Notes: a model not told the origin generated them from the sequence alone. A stretch of 64,000 nt of DNA from Candidatus Yanofskybacteria bacterium RIFCSPLOWO2_01_FULL_42_49 (GCA_001795615.1 MGKI01000004.1:22324-86323); one strand, 5' to 3'; shown: positions 1 to 10,145, counted from the stretch's first letter. Numbers and translations: made by a program.

Positions 1-380
1 AATGCCAACTGGTAGCCATTGCTTAACTTCCAAATCGTCCTTATGTATCCGTTTTCTCTTTCGCTTTTCAGTGGCCCAGATTTGTTTGCTTTCCATATTC
101 CATGTTCCATATTCCATGTTCCATACAACAAATGTCCCGATATTTTTTGGTGAATAAAAATACTATATTTACCTTCGATATCTATAATGATAAATTTCGC
201 TCTCCGCTTAACATCTAAAATTTTCTTGTTCTTAATAACTTTTTTAATTAAGGGCCAGCTTGCCCCGCGACCAATGTGAGTTGGTTTTGCGGGGTCGGTC
301 CAGACATCCTTGAACCTCAAACCAACCAGCTTTTTGCGCAAGTCCCGGACTGTTGTTTCTACTTCTGGTAGTTCAGGCAA
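1..380 (-). CDS. mutM: Formamidopyrimidine-DNA glycosylase, N-terminal part (runs off window start)
   Basis: Manual translation from TTG at 380: MPELPEVETTVRDL...KRRAKFIII...HQKISGHL, the Fpg PELPEVE motif; absent from the ORF track because it is truncated. Confidence 0.93.
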   Translation of the reverse strand, partial: MPELPEVETTVRDLRKKLVGLRFKDVWTDPAKPTHIGRGASWPLIKKVIKNKKILDVKRRAKFIIIDIEGKYSIFIHQKISGHLLYGTWNMEHGIWKANKSGPLKSERENGYIRTIWKLSNGYQLA

Positions 381-381
381 T

Positions 382-422
382 TTAGCGACTAGCGACTAGC
401 CAATAGCCACTAGGATTAGTGA
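382..422. repeat. Heptamer tandem repeat (TAGCGAC/TAGCCAC family)
   Basis: TAGCGAC TAGCGAC TAGCCAA TAGCCAC TAGGATT fills the tlyA-mutM gap. Confidence 0.85.
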
Positions 423-423
423 T

Positions 424-990
424 TTAATTTAATTCAGAATTTACTTTCTTTAGAAAGAAAAAATACTCTTTGTTTTTTCCTTTTCCGCCAAGCAAAGGCG
501 ACTCTGTTTCTTTCAGCACTTCGACTCCGGTTTCCAGCAACTTGCTACGAACACCGCTTAAAACCTCCGGCATAAAGTCTTCCTGCAATTTACCCTTACG
601 CAACATCCCGGGTTCGGATTCATAATGAGGCTTTACTAATGCCAGTATATACCCTTCCGGCTTAATATTCTCTAAAGCATTTGGAACCACTTTATCTAAC
701 TTGGTCCACCCTGTATCTACCGTAATGAGGTCGACTTTCTCGGGCAACTCCACATGCATGGCATTCTTTTTCTCCATTACGACTACTCTCTTGTTCTGTC
801 TCAATTTATAATCCAATACCCCATAACCGGTATCTACCGCATAAACCTTGGCGGCCCCATTTTGAAGCAAACAGTCAACAAAACCGCCGGTGCTTGAACC
901 AAAATCAGCACAAATTAAATTGGCAACATTAATTTTAAATTCTTTTAACGCATACTCCAATTTTTCACCAGCTCTTGAAACATAGCTCAT
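424..990 (-). CDS. tlyA: TlyA-family rRNA 2'-O-methyltransferase lacking the N-terminal S4 domain
   Basis: YVSRAGEKL, DFGSSTGGF, YAVDTG, LVKPHYE motifs; likely start at 990 overlapping the polA stop (ATGA). Confidence 0.85.
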   Translation of the reverse strand: MSYVSRAGEKLEYALKEFKINVANLICADFGSSTGGFVDCLLQNGAAKVYAVDTGYGVLDYKLRQNKRVVVMEKKNAMHVELPEKVDLITVDTGWTKLDKVVPNALENIKPEGYILALVKPHYESEPGMLRKGKLQEDFMPEVLSGVRSKLLETGVEVLKETESPLLGGKGKNKEYFFFLKKVNSELN

Positions 991-3695
991 ATCTTTAACT
1001 CGTCCATCTCCGCCCAATTGTGTCCGCTCTTAACATCTACAACCAGCGGCACATCGAGTTTGTAAACATTCTCCATAATATCCTTTATTTTGTCCGCTAT
1101 GTTTTTAACCGAGTTTTCTTTTACTTCAAAAAGGAGTTCATCGTGGACTTGAAGCAGTAAAAATACTTTGTCTTGCTTGCCTGAATTATGTGTATATTCA
1201 AAGGCTTTTATCATTGCCAGTTTCACCAAATCAGCGGCAGTACCCTGAATGGGCATATTTATAGCCATGCGCTCGGCCTGGCTTACAATCTGTGGCATAC
1301 TTGACCTTATCTCGGGGAACCATCTCCTTCTGCCAAAGACCGTTGAAACATAACCGTCCTTGCGGGCTTTCATTTTCATATCGTCCATGTATCTGGCGAT
1401 CCCGGAAAACTCTTTCAGATACTTGTCGATAAATTCTCTCGCCCGCTCACGGGAAACACCGGAAGCTCTCTGAAAGCCGAGAATTCCCATTCCGTACAAA
1501 ATGCCGAAATTCATAACTTTTGCGTCACGACGCATGTTTTTATCAACCATCTCCGGTTTAACACCGAAAATTTCCGCCGCTGTGCGTGTATGAATATCCT
1601 CTCCCCTCCTAAATGCCGCCATCATTTTCTCGTCTTGGGAAATATGGGCCGCTATTCTCAACTCAAGCTGGGAATAATCAAAAGACACCAGTTTGTACCC
1701 AGGAGAGGCAATGAATGCTTTCCTAAATTCCTGCCCAAGTTCCGTGCGTATTGGTATGTTCTGGAGGTTAGGGTCCTGGCTGGCAAGCCGGCCGGTCGTA
1801 GTGCCTGTTTGGTTAAATGTAGTATGCAACCGTCCGGTTGTCTTGCTTATTAAACTCGGGAACGGATCTATGTAGGTCGTTTTTAATTTCTGAACTTCTC
1901 TATATCTTAATATCTTCTCTATTACCGGATGTTCGTCAACCAGCTTTTCCAGCTCGCCCGCAGCTGTGGAGAGAGCCCCTTTGGCTGTTTTTCTTACTTT
2001 GCCCTTTAGGTTAAGTCCGGTAGGTGCCGGACCAAAAAGCACCTCTTTTAACTGTTTCGGAGAGTTAATGTTAAATTCCGTGCCGGCTAGTTTGTATATA
2101 TCTTTTTCCAGACCGCTTATCTCGACGGCCACCAATTTAGACAACCTTGCTATCGCTTTGGAATCAATCAAAATTCCCCGCAATTCCATTTCCGCTAGAA
2201 TTCTTGCTGTTGGAGCCTCTATATTCTCAAAAAGCCATTCCAATTTTTCTTTTTTTAGCCGTTCGGATTGTCTTTCTTTTAACTTACCCACAAAAACAGG
2301 GACCTCTCTGGTGTTTTGGCTAATACTTTCTTGAAATTCATCAAAATATATTTTTTCCAGACTGTAATCTTTGCGGTCTGAATTTAAAAGATAGGCCGCA
2401 AGCTTGGTGTCAAATCCCGCACGGCCCAGCTCAATTCCGAAACTTAACAAGAGCTTGGCCGACCCCTTGAGATCGTGACCGATTTTAAAAACCCCGTCTC
2501 CCTCAAAAATATCTTTGGCAGTTTTAAACAGGTCTTTGTCTTCCACAATCATGGGCCAAACTGCGCTAAAACATCTTTTTTCAACGCAAAAATCAAAAAA
2601 TTCACTGCTTAAATTAAATGAAAATTCTCTCGCCTCTTTTATCTCATTGAAAGCCCCGGCAACATCTTTCTTTTTTCTCAACTCTTTAACGCCGGCGGAA
2701 GTTTCCGTTTTGACGGTTTCCGGTAACACCATCTGCCCCTGACTGAAAATACTGATTTCATCAAGCCTCTTGATCAAACTATAAAGTCCTAATTCTTTAA
2801 ATAACTTCTCTATTTCTGTCCTGTTTAAATTTTTAAGCCAGTCCGCTTTATCCAGACTAAAATCAATGTCTACATCCCTTATAATGGTGGCCAATTTTTT
2901 TGAAAAAAATGCCATGTCTTTGTTTTCAAGCAGTTTTTGAATTAATTTCTCTGAAAGTGGCGGTTTAATTTGGATTTTATTTTTTTTGAGATTTGTATTT
3001 TGAGATTGTTTAGAGATTAGGGTTTCGAGATTAGAGATTTCCTCATACAAAAATTCAAGGGTCTTGAATTTTTGTATGAGAGCTGCCGCCGTCTTCTCCC
3101 CCACTCCCGGAACCCCCGGTATATTATCTGACGGGTCGCCCTTGAGACCCTTAAAATCATTGAGTTGCTCCGGCTTTAAGCCATATCTTTTGAACACTTC
3201 GTTCTCGTCGTAAATGACCGTATCTGTGACACCTTTTCTCAACGTAAAAACAACCACCTTGTCTCCATCAACCAGCTGAAGAGTGTCCAGATCGCCGGTC
3301 ATTATTATTGTTTGGATATCTTTATCTTCTTTTGACCTCTCTGCCAAGGAACCTATCAAATCATCCGCTTCAAAACCGGGCTTTTCATAAATAGGAATAC
3401 CGAATGCCATCAGTATCTCTTTAATCAGCGGAGTCTGGGCATGAAGTTCGTCGGGAGCTTTCTCCCTGTGAGCCTTATACTCAGCAAACTCTTCGTGTCG
3501 GAATGTCGGCGCCGCCAAATCAAATGTCGCCGCAATATAGTCCGGCTTTATGTCCTTTATCATTTTGAGGAGAACAGCGGTGAAGCCGAAAACTGCGTTC
3601 GTCGGAACGCCCTTGGGAGAACTTAGCGTCGGCGGCAGAGCGTGAAAAGCTCTGTGGACTAACGCGTGACCGTCAATCAATACTAATTTTTTCAT
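987..3695 (-). CDS. polA: DNA polymerase I
   Basis: 5'-3' exonuclease (LIDG, EADD, GDPSDNIPGV) and family A polymerase motifs (DYSQLELR, QVHDEL). Confidence 0.98.
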   Translation of the reverse strand: MKKLVLIDGHALVHRAFHALPPTLSSPKGVPTNAVFGFTAVLLKMIKDIKPDYIAATFDLAAPTFRHEEFAEYKAHREKAPDELHAQTPLIKEILMAFGIPIYEKPGFEADDLIGSLAERSKEDKDIQTIIMTGDLDTLQLVDGDKVVVFTLRKGVTDTVIYDENEVFKRYGLKPEQLNDFKGLKGDPSDNIPGVPGVGEKTAAALIQKFKTLEFLYEEISNLETLISKQSQNTNLKKNKIQIKPPLSEKLIQKLLENKDMAFFSKKLATIIRDVDIDFSLDKADWLKNLNRTEIEKLFKELGLYSLIKRLDEISIFSQGQMVLPETVKTETSAGVKELRKKKDVAGAFNEIKEAREFSFNLSSEFFDFCVEKRCFSAVWPMIVEDKDLFKTAKDIFEGDGVFKIGHDLKGSAKLLLSFGIELGRAGFDTKLAAYLLNSDRKDYSLEKIYFDEFQESISQNTREVPVFVGKLKERQSERLKKEKLEWLFENIEAPTARILAEMELRGILIDSKAIARLSKLVAVEISGLEKDIYKLAGTEFNINSPKQLKEVLFGPAPTGLNLKGKVRKTAKGALSTAAGELEKLVDEHPVIEKILRYREVQKLKTTYIDPFPSLISKTTGRLHTTFNQTGTTTGRLASQDPNLQNIPIRTELGQEFRKAFIASPGYKLVSFDYSQLELRIAAHISQDEKMMAAFRRGEDIHTRTAAEIFGVKPEMVDKNMRRDAKVMNFGILYGMGILGFQRASGVSRERAREFIDKYLKEFSGIARYMDDMKMKARKDGYVSTVFGRRRWFPEIRSSMPQIVSQAERMAINMPIQGTAADLVKLAMIKAFEYTHNSGKQDKVFLLLQVHDELLFEVKENSVKNIADKIKDIMENVYKLDVPLVVDVKSGHNWAEMDELKI

Positions 3696-4627
3696 TACAA
3701 TTTTAAAATTTCGTCATTAAATGCTGACCTAATATAAATTTCGCCATTCCCGTGAGTGACTTTCCCAATAACACAGGCATTATTTACGCGGGAAAGAACT
3801 TTAGAGACCTCTTGTTCAGGGACAGAAAGAACAAATCCTATGCCACAGTTGAATGTAGAATACATCACCTTATTTGAAAATATTTTTTTATATATGTCTT
3901 TAAATATTCCCTGGGGTTGCAACTTTTTAGGATGTTCAATAACCGCGTCAGCCTTGTACAAAATATCTTTCAACTTGGTAAATGCTCCGCCGGTTATGTG
4001 CATCATGCCGTGGACATCGCATTTTTCTGTCAATTTCAAAATATCGTACAAATAAATGCGTGTCGGCACTGTAAATTCTTTTCTGTACTCTTTGCCAAAA
4101 ACTTGCCTGACTTTCGTCATGCCGTTTGAATGCAAGCCGTTACTCCTTAACCCAATAAGAACATCCCCAACTTGAAACCTGTTTCTTGCTGGATTTTTGA
4201 TAAATCCGGAAACAGTCATACTGATATCAAGTCCGTCCGTGTTGTCGTGGAATGAATTTTCTCCCCCAACCATAGCTATTTTATACTTCTTGCACTCTCG
4301 CGCTATAGCCTGCACTATTTTCAAAATACGCTCATCTTCCACGGGAACTGTAATATGATTTGAGAGCTTATATGGAAAAGCTCTCACAGTGGCTAAATCG
4401 TTAAGGTTCATTGCGAGAGCATCAATAGCCGCCGCTTTAAATGTTTCTCTCTGCCAATGGTAAAAGCCTTTTGTGCCTATGCCGTCCGTATGGTCAACTT
4501 CAAGACAGGAAATTTTGCTTTTGAATATGGGGTAGGTATTAAACTTAATGCTTAAACATGGAGAATTCCAAGTCTTTCGTATCTCGTTAATAATTTTCTG
4601 TTTGTACGGCTTTGACGGTTTATACAT
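3695..4627 (-). CDS. purM: AIR synthetase (PurM)-like protein
   Basis: TDGIGTK, AMNLNDL, GGE, SNGLHSNG, HITGG, TFNCGIG; divergent N-terminus. Confidence 0.75.
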   Translation of the reverse strand: MYKPSKPYKQKIINEIRKTWNSPCLSIKFNTYPIFKSKISCLEVDHTDGIGTKGFYHWQRETFKAAAIDALAMNLNDLATVRAFPYKLSNHITVPVEDERILKIVQAIARECKKYKIAMVGGENSFHDNTDGLDISMTVSGFIKNPARNRFQVGDVLIGLRSNGLHSNGMTKVRQVFGKEYRKEFTVPTRIYLYDILKLTEKCDVHGMMHITGGAFTKLKDILYKADAVIEHPKKLQPQGIFKDIYKKIFSNKVMYSTFNCGIGFVLSVPEQEVSKVLSRVNNACVIGKVTHGNGEIYIRSAFNDEILKL

Positions 4628-4628
4628 G

Positions 4629-5093
4629 TTAAACTCTTTCCCAACTTATTTTTCGCTTGCTTTCGGAAACATGATCAATATGAACTTTTATTAGTTTTTT
4701 GGGCAAGATCTTACTCACTCTTTCCGGCCACTCGATTAAAATAATACTACGCGACTCGTTGAATATAGTTTTCAGGTCAAGAGTTATGAGATCTCTATGG
4801 TCTCTGACGCGGTAGCAATCGAGGTGATATAAACAGGTTTTAGGTTTTAGGTTATAGGTTATAGGCAAAATTGGATATTTTTTCATCAAAACAAATGTTG
4901 GACTTTTTATTTTTGCTTTAATCCCCAGTGCCTTGGCAAAACCTTTGACAAAAGTCGTCTTCCCCGCCCCCAACTTCCCTTCAAGTGTGATAACACTCGC
5001 CCTGAGCCGAGTCGAAGGGTTTTTCATTATTTTAAGCGCCAAATCCCCGGCAATTTTTTGCGTCTCTTTTTCGCTTTTAGATAGATAAATCAC
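4629..5093 (-). CDS. tsaE: tRNA threonylcarbamoyladenosine biosynthesis ATPase
   Basis: GKLGAGKTT, SPTF, HLDCYR, IEWP motifs. Confidence 0.95.
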   Translation of the reverse strand: MIYLSKSEKETQKIAGDLALKIMKNPSTRLRASVITLEGKLGAGKTTFVKGFAKALGIKAKIKSPTFVLMKKYPILPITYNLKPKTCLYHLDCYRVRDHRDLITLDLKTIFNESRSIILIEWPERVSKILPKKLIKVHIDHVSESKRKISWERV

Positions 5094-5134
5094 TGTTAAA
5101 TAGTATCGTTTTTAAACTCTTTTTACAATTAAAG

Positions 5135-5182
5135 AACCGCATTCGCTGGATGTCCGTCGGGAGACGGACCGCGAATGCGGTT
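5135..5182. terminator. Long GC-rich hairpin downstream of the GC-rich ORF pair
   Basis: AACCGCATTCGC...GTCCGTC GGGA GACGGAC...GCGAATGCGGTT inverted repeat. Confidence 0.5.
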
Positions 5183-5204
5183 TGGACTGTTTAAGCCCTA
5201 TGGA

Positions 5205-5657
5205 CTAGTTGCACCGGCCGGCCGGTGCTTCGTGGAGTACCACAATGGAGTGGTACTCACAGTCATCGCGGGTTGGGAACCCACGGGACTGCCAGCCGGG
5301 CACCGGCGGTTGGACTGGAGTCGGCTGCTGGACCACCGGCGCCGGCGTTGCCGCCGGTACGATTGCAGCCGGTGCCGTCGGTGAAACCACTGGTGAACCT
5401 GCAAAACCGCCACCGAGCCAGACCCCAAGCACCACCATACCGACAAGCACAGAGATACTTCCGATGATGAACCCGACGAGCTTGACACGAGCCCACAGTG
5501 GGTCCTGTGCTACCTGCCTCAACAGCAACGGCTCAGAGAGCCGCCGCAATTCAAAATTCATCTCGCCCGGCCGGGGTGGCCGAGACGGTGTCGGTGTGGG
5601 CGGCGCCGGTGTTACCGGCGCCGCCGGAGTTGTTGGTGTTGCCATCGTTACCTCCAT
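5205..5657 (-). CDS. Hypothetical Pro-rich single-pass membrane protein
   Basis: Hydrophobic segment flanked by Pro/Ala/Thr-rich linkers; overlaps the upstream ORF stop. Confidence 0.6.
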   Translation of the reverse strand: MEVTMATPTTPAAPVTPAPPTPTPSRPPRPGEMNFELRRLSEPLLLRQVAQDPLWARVKLVGFIIGSISVLVGMVVLGVWLGGGFAGSPVVSPTAPAAIVPAATPAPVVQQPTPVQPPVPGWQSRGFPTRDDCEYHSIVVLHEAPAGRCN

Positions 5658-6418
5658 ACCAGGACGAGACCGTCCCGGCCTTCGGGCTTTGTACGGACTG
5701 TATCCGCCGTGCCCGAGAAACCGTCAACTACCATGGAGAGCACCTCGGCCTCGTAGGAAGCGCGGGGATCCCCACATTCCGACTGACGAGGAAGAAGATC
5801 CACATACCAGGTTCCGTTCTGGTACACTTGCACGGGATTCCTGCCCTCGTTCTTGAGGGTAGCCATCCCCTGTTCTAAACAGCCGCGATGGCTGCCGAAC
5901 AAGGAACCGCCACTATTCGCCTGTTCACGCAGACGCGGATTCCAGCCGTTCTCACGGCCGGGACCGGACGACACCTGCGCCGTCTGCGGCATCGGTGGAA
6001 TCTGATCGGGCAAATCCACGACTACTTCCTTATCGTCGTCGTCACCCCTTTTGCTGAATGCCCAGGCAAGAAGTCCAGGGGCAGCACCAATACCGGCACC
6101 AATCGCGGTACCTTTCCAACCGTGGCCAGTCATGGCACCAATTGTAGCCCCGATCTCGGCCCCGGCAATCGCAATCCGAACCGGGCGAGAAAGCCGGCGA
6201 CCGAAGCGGTCATACATCCCGTAGAACTGACCTCCTCGAGTATAGCCGTACATGTCGCCATACCACATCCAGCGATCCACCATGTTCAGGTTGGACTGCA
6301 GGAGCTGGTCTGCCGGACCGTACTGGCCGGCGAAGATCTGCGCATTGGCCGGCGTGACGCCGGCAAGAAGCGCGAACACGAACGCGAGAGCGATGAACAA
6401 CGTCTTTTTCATTCTCAT
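5648..6418 (-). CDS. Hypothetical secreted protein with glycine-zipper segment
   Basis: Signal peptide MRMKKTLFIALAFVFALLAGVTPANA; GAEIGATIGA...GAGIGAA; AGGAAGG RBS before the start at 6418. Confidence 0.7.
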   Translation of the reverse strand: MRMKKTLFIALAFVFALLAGVTPANAQIFAGQYGPADQLLQSNLNMVDRWMWYGDMYGYTRGGQFYGMYDRFGRRLSRPVRIAIAGAEIGATIGAMTGHGWKGTAIGAGIGAAPGLLAWAFSKRGDDDDKEVVVDLPDQIPPMPQTAQVSSGPGRENGWNPRLREQANSGGSLFGSHRGCLEQGMATLKNEGRNPVQVYQNGTWYVDLLPRQSECGDPRASYEAEVLSMVVDGFSGTADTVRTKPEGRDGLVLVWR

Positions 6419-6549
6419 TGTCTTTTCCTTCCTGCCCCCACATTGCGAGAGCATCGTTGTCAACGAAACTGATTATGCTTATATTATATCATGTCGTATT
6501 AAAAAAGTAAAGACCCCACAAAATGCGGGGCTTGGGCTGTTAATCCCTT

Positions 6550-6927
6550 TTACTTTAAAGTAAACAACCAGCCATAATGCTGGCCATCGCGAGTTTTCGC
6601 TCGCTCACTCTTTAGTTTCTTGACCTTGACACCGCTATTCGTCGGCACATTCGTTCTCGCCTCAACTTTGGTACTTCTGGCAACATAAAACGATATCCAA
6701 CGAAACGAAAAAGGCGGAACGGTCACATCAGTTACTTTGCCATCTACCCACACAAGCGCCGTACTTGGCGAATAGTTCGCAAGGAAATACTGATCTGACA
6801 CGAACGGCAGATTCAGCTCGGACAATGGCTTGGGATCCGACACAGACCACTCAACCGGCTGAGCATTTGCCGAAACGACGAATAACACCACAAAAATCAT
6901 TGAAAGAACTGCTGTCCTTGTTCTCAT
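6550..6927 (-). CDS. Hypothetical secreted protein
   Basis: AAGGAG RBS before MRTRT; signal peptide ending ANA-Q. Confidence 0.7.
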   Translation of the reverse strand: MRTRTAVLSMIFVVLFVVSANAQPVEWSVSDPKPLSELNLPFVSDQYFLANYSPSTALVWVDGKVTDVTVPPFSFRWISFYVARSTKVEARTNVPTNSGVKVKKLKSERAKTRDGQHYGWLFTLK

Positions 6928-6977
6928 GAAACTCTCCTTGGCCTTGGCCAGTTTAACTGGCTTTGGCAAGCATGGGG

Positions 6978-7005
6978 ATTATAAACAACCGTCTAAAACT
7001 GTCAA
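6978..7005 (-). promoter_or_regulatory. Consensus sigma70 promoter
   Basis: TTGACA-16 nt-TATAAT on the minus strand, upstream of the 6550-6927 ORF. Confidence 0.7.
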
Positions 7006-7011
7006 GCTTAC

Positions 7012-7386
7012 TTAAACCCCGACATTCTTGAAGTGCGTTATTTTTGCCACTCCCCTATCTTTGTTTAATTCAATCGCGATTATGTCTATCTGCCATGACC
7101 GATTGTCGAGATTATTTTGCTGGATGTATGTTTGGGCGGCGCGTTTTATTCTTTTTATTTTGTTGTCATTTACGCGCTTTTCCGGCTCAAAGCCCTTTGG
7201 AGCCGGACTGTCGCTGGCTTTAACCTCAACGAAAATAATTATTCCCTCCTTCTCGGCAATAATGTCTACTTCGCCCCAAGGTTTGCGATAGTTCCTACCG
7301 AGAATCTTATATCCCCTCTTCTTCAGAAATTCTTCCGCCAAACCCTCGGCAAAACTTCCAAAGTCAATGTAGTTGTGGTTTTTCAT
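7012..7386 (-). CDS. yraN: YraN/UPF0102 putative endonuclease
   Basis: GYKILGRNY, GEVDIIA, FVEVK motifs. Confidence 0.9.
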   Translation of the reverse strand: MKNHNYIDFGSFAEGLAEEFLKKRGYKILGRNYRKPWGEVDIIAEKEGIIIFVEVKASDSPAPKGFEPEKRVNDNKIKRIKRAAQTYIQQNNLDNRSWQIDIIAIELNKDRGVAKITHFKNVGV

Positions 7387-7443
7387 TTTATTTATTTATC
7401 GCATAGTCATTGTAATCTCTCAACCCCCTTTTTCTCAATCCTC

Positions 7444-7601
7444 GCTTCAAGACAAGTTCTTCTCAGACACGCCTCCAGTTCCCCTGCGAGGAACCTCGGC
7501 TACTTTCGCCCGACTTTTTCTTCGGCGGTGAAACGATCATACCGCCTCTGACCATGCAAAAAGTCGGGTCTCTAGTGTCTTTGAAGAACCTGCCTTGAAG
7601 C
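7444..7601 (-). ncRNA. Structured RNA/ssDNA element, copy A of a multi-copy family
   Basis: Nested stems; the 114-nt core 7466-7579 aligns ungapped with 10837-10950 with compensatory changes; G-U pairs favour the minus strand. Confidence 0.65.
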
Positions 7602-7756
7602 TCGTATGTACAAAGAAAGTGGTAAAAGAGAAACAAGAGGACCGCTTTAGATGTTTCCATTCCAAGCTATTGAACCATGACATGCTCTTGCGTTTTATTT
7701 GGTTTTGGTGTAATATATGTTGAATCAGTAGGCACATACAGGATAGGAGGAGCCCG

Positions 7757-7942
7757 ATGTTTGAAAATCATGCCAGCCGAGTAGCGACCCTCATTACTGA
7801 AGAAATAAAGAAAATGAGCACTGATGAGTTGCTCGCAGCTCTTGAAGATCTGCATCTTCAGTGGGATGACTATGGACTTTGTTTTGATGTTGAGAGCTAT
7901 GATCGAGAGCTCAAGGCAGAGAAATCCAGAAGAGAGCTTTAG
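7757..7942 (+). CDS. Small hypothetical protein
   Basis: AGGAGG RBS; followed by hairpin-U tract. Confidence 0.6.
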   Translation: MFENHASRVATLITEEIKKMSTDELLAALEDLHLQWDDYGLCFDVESYDRELKAEKSRREL

Positions 7943-8562
7943 TCCCCATCATTTGCCGGTTAATCCCGGCTTTTTAAATATTCAAGGCCATATTAAACTC
8001 AAACTCCAAAGAATTTTTTAAGAAATACCCCTAAATTTTGCCCAACAAAGTTTTCCCAATAGCGACACTTGACATTCATGCCCTGTTAGGGCTTGTACGA
8101 GATATGTTAAGATCCGATGGACTGGAACATGGGCCTCGGAGGCTGTCTGTGGCACTGAATTGCTAGATCTGAGAAAGGACCAGCAATATCTCACAATTTT
8201 AATTTCAACTATCGAGGGGGGTAACGCTTCTGTCGACGAAATCAAGAATTATGCCGATTCGATACGACAGGCCCAAGATAGACGCCTGAATCGTTCATTA
8301 GAGTAAAAACGCTTTTGCTATGCCGTTGCCCGCCTTGCGGGCTTTTTGATACTCCTGTGGACACTGCGGGTTGCTAAATTTGACTTAAAATGCTAACCTT
8401 GAGAGGTAATCCTCGTGCAAGAGGATTTTGATGTTTTAGGCTTGAAATAGCTCTTTTCGGCTGAAATTCTCAGTTTTAAATTTAAAAACCATTAGTACTT
8501 ACCTCAAAAAACTGGGGAAAATACTCAAACTAAAAGACTTAACCAATAGCCCCGGTTTTCAT

Positions 8563-9606
8563 TTGTATGGAACTATCGTTTTAGCTGTTACGATACTAAT
8601 AATCAAGGGTTCCGGCGGTGACGGACAAACAACTCTTTTTAATACTTTTGTTAAGAGATATATCGAAGAAACTTCGGCTTCAATCCTTTCGTCAAACAGG
8701 CCGAATACTAGCGGCTATTTGGCTGATATAAGCGGCCTAACGGCCTGGGAAAACGGATCTGCGGCAATGGCAAAGCCAGGACAAGGAGGACCGGAACCAA
8801 GCCTAGAACCAACCACAATACAAGATAATTCGGTGTTTTCTCACAATCCCGCCGCAACAGATTATATAGAAAAAACAGCCGATAAGAGAGTTCAGGTTGT
8901 TGAATACACTGTTCAACCGGGAGACAAGTTATCATTTATAGCGCTCGACTACGGGGTAAGCATAGAATCAATAATGTGGGCCAACAACTTGAGAGATTCC
9001 GACAGTATCAGACCGGAACAAGTATTAAAAATACCCCCTATTTCGGGGATAATTCACATAGTTAAAAAGGGGGACACGGTTGGTTCAATAGCTAAGAAAT
9101 ACGGCGTAGAAGTAGAAAATGTGGTTGCCTACAATGGTTTGCCACAAGACGGACAACTTCAAATTGACGACGAGATCATTGTGCCAGACGGAAAGATCAA
9201 GGGTTCATCCGGCATAGCGACTACAAGAACATCTCCCTTTTCCCATCTTCCAAGTTTGGGTGATTATTTCCTTATTCCTACGACTGGCTACAACTGGGGT
9301 CGGATTCATGGTAGAAACGGTGTTGACATTGCCAATTCTTGCGGTACAAACATTTTTGCGGCAGCCAACGGCAGTGTTGCCACATCAGATGCTGTCGGAT
9401 GGAACGGCGGTTTTGGTAAATACATAAAATTAATACATCCCAACGGAACAGAAACCCTATACGCCCACAACAGCAAACTGCTGGTTGGCGTTGGAGAAAC
9501 CGTCTCAAGGGGCCAATTGATAGCTTCAATGGGCTCAACCGGCCGTTCAACCGGCTGTCACCTCCATTTTGAAGTTCACGGAGCCAGGAATCCTCTGGTT
9601 AAGTAA
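8563..9606 (+). CDS. LysM + M23 peptidase family protein
   Basis: Two LysM repeats (YTVQPGD, HIVKKGD); GVDIA, YAH, HLHFEV. The first zinc His motif is atypical (HGRNGVD). Confidence 0.9.
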   Translation: MYGTIVLAVTILIIKGSGGDGQTTLFNTFVKRYIEETSASILSSNRPNTSGYLADISGLTAWENGSAAMAKPGQGGPEPSLEPTTIQDNSVFSHNPAATDYIEKTADKRVQVVEYTVQPGDKLSFIALDYGVSIESIMWANNLRDSDSIRPEQVLKIPPISGIIHIVKKGDTVGSIAKKYGVEVENVVAYNGLPQDGQLQIDDEIIVPDGKIKGSSGIATTRTSPFSHLPSLGDYFLIPTTGYNWGRIHGRNGVDIANSCGTNIFAAANGSVATSDAVGWNGGFGKYIKLIHPNGTETLYAHNSKLLVGVGETVSRGQLIASMGSTGRSTGCHLHFEVHGARNPLVK

Positions 9607-9680
9607 TGTTTTGACAAAAACAATGTATTGACATAATTTATAGCAGTATTAAGTATCCCAATTAACAAGCGGGAGGGGAA

Positions 9681-9869
9681 GTGAAATTTGACGACTTACC
9701 CAAGGAAATAAAGGAATTTAAAGACAAGTTCGGAGAACCAGAGTTGCTTCGTTTTTGGAGTCAACCGATGATTCACACTGGGGGATTCAGCCCGGCCCAA
9801 CTCTGTGAAAAAGGCGATAAAACCAAGATACAGGAAATAGTAACCCTACTGAATCACTATTTATCATAA
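9681..9869 (+). CDS. Small protein resembling the Xre/MbcA/ParS antitoxin C-terminal domain
   Basis: GGGAGG RBS; W..P...GG.SP..L...G pattern; terminator at 9871-9895. Confidence 0.45.
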   Translation: MKFDDLPKEIKEFKDKFGEPELLRFWSQPMIHTGGFSPAQLCEKGDKTKIQEIVTLLNHYLS

Positions 9870-9870
9870 C

Positions 9871-9896
9871 AAAGGCGCTAAAACAGCGCCTTTTTA
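9871..9896 (+). terminator. Rho-independent terminator
   Basis: AAAGGCGCT AAAAC AGCGCCTTTTT. Confidence 0.75.
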
Positions 9897-10145
9897 ACGA
9901 ATCAATGGGTGAGCCGTTTAAGATTCGCCACCCCACCTAGTCAGCGATTGCTTTTCGGCATCACAGATATTCGCTGATTAGGTGTGGGGGTTTCTTACAG
10001 AACACTTCGACTAGCTCAGTGTAAATACTTTCGACAGCTCGACCAAGCTCACTTCAGACTAGCTCAATGTAAGCAAAAGTATAGTTATTTGACACTTCAA
10101 GTACATTATAATATCTTGTGGCAACAGCACTTTAACGAGGATAGA

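Noticed and set aside
5209-6472. Long plus-strand ORFs (215 and 194 aa)
   Set aside because: Shadow frames of GC-rich minus-strand genes that have RBS and signal peptides
8083-8306. Open frame ending before a terminator-like hairpin
   Set aside because: No convincing start or RBS and no recognisable motif
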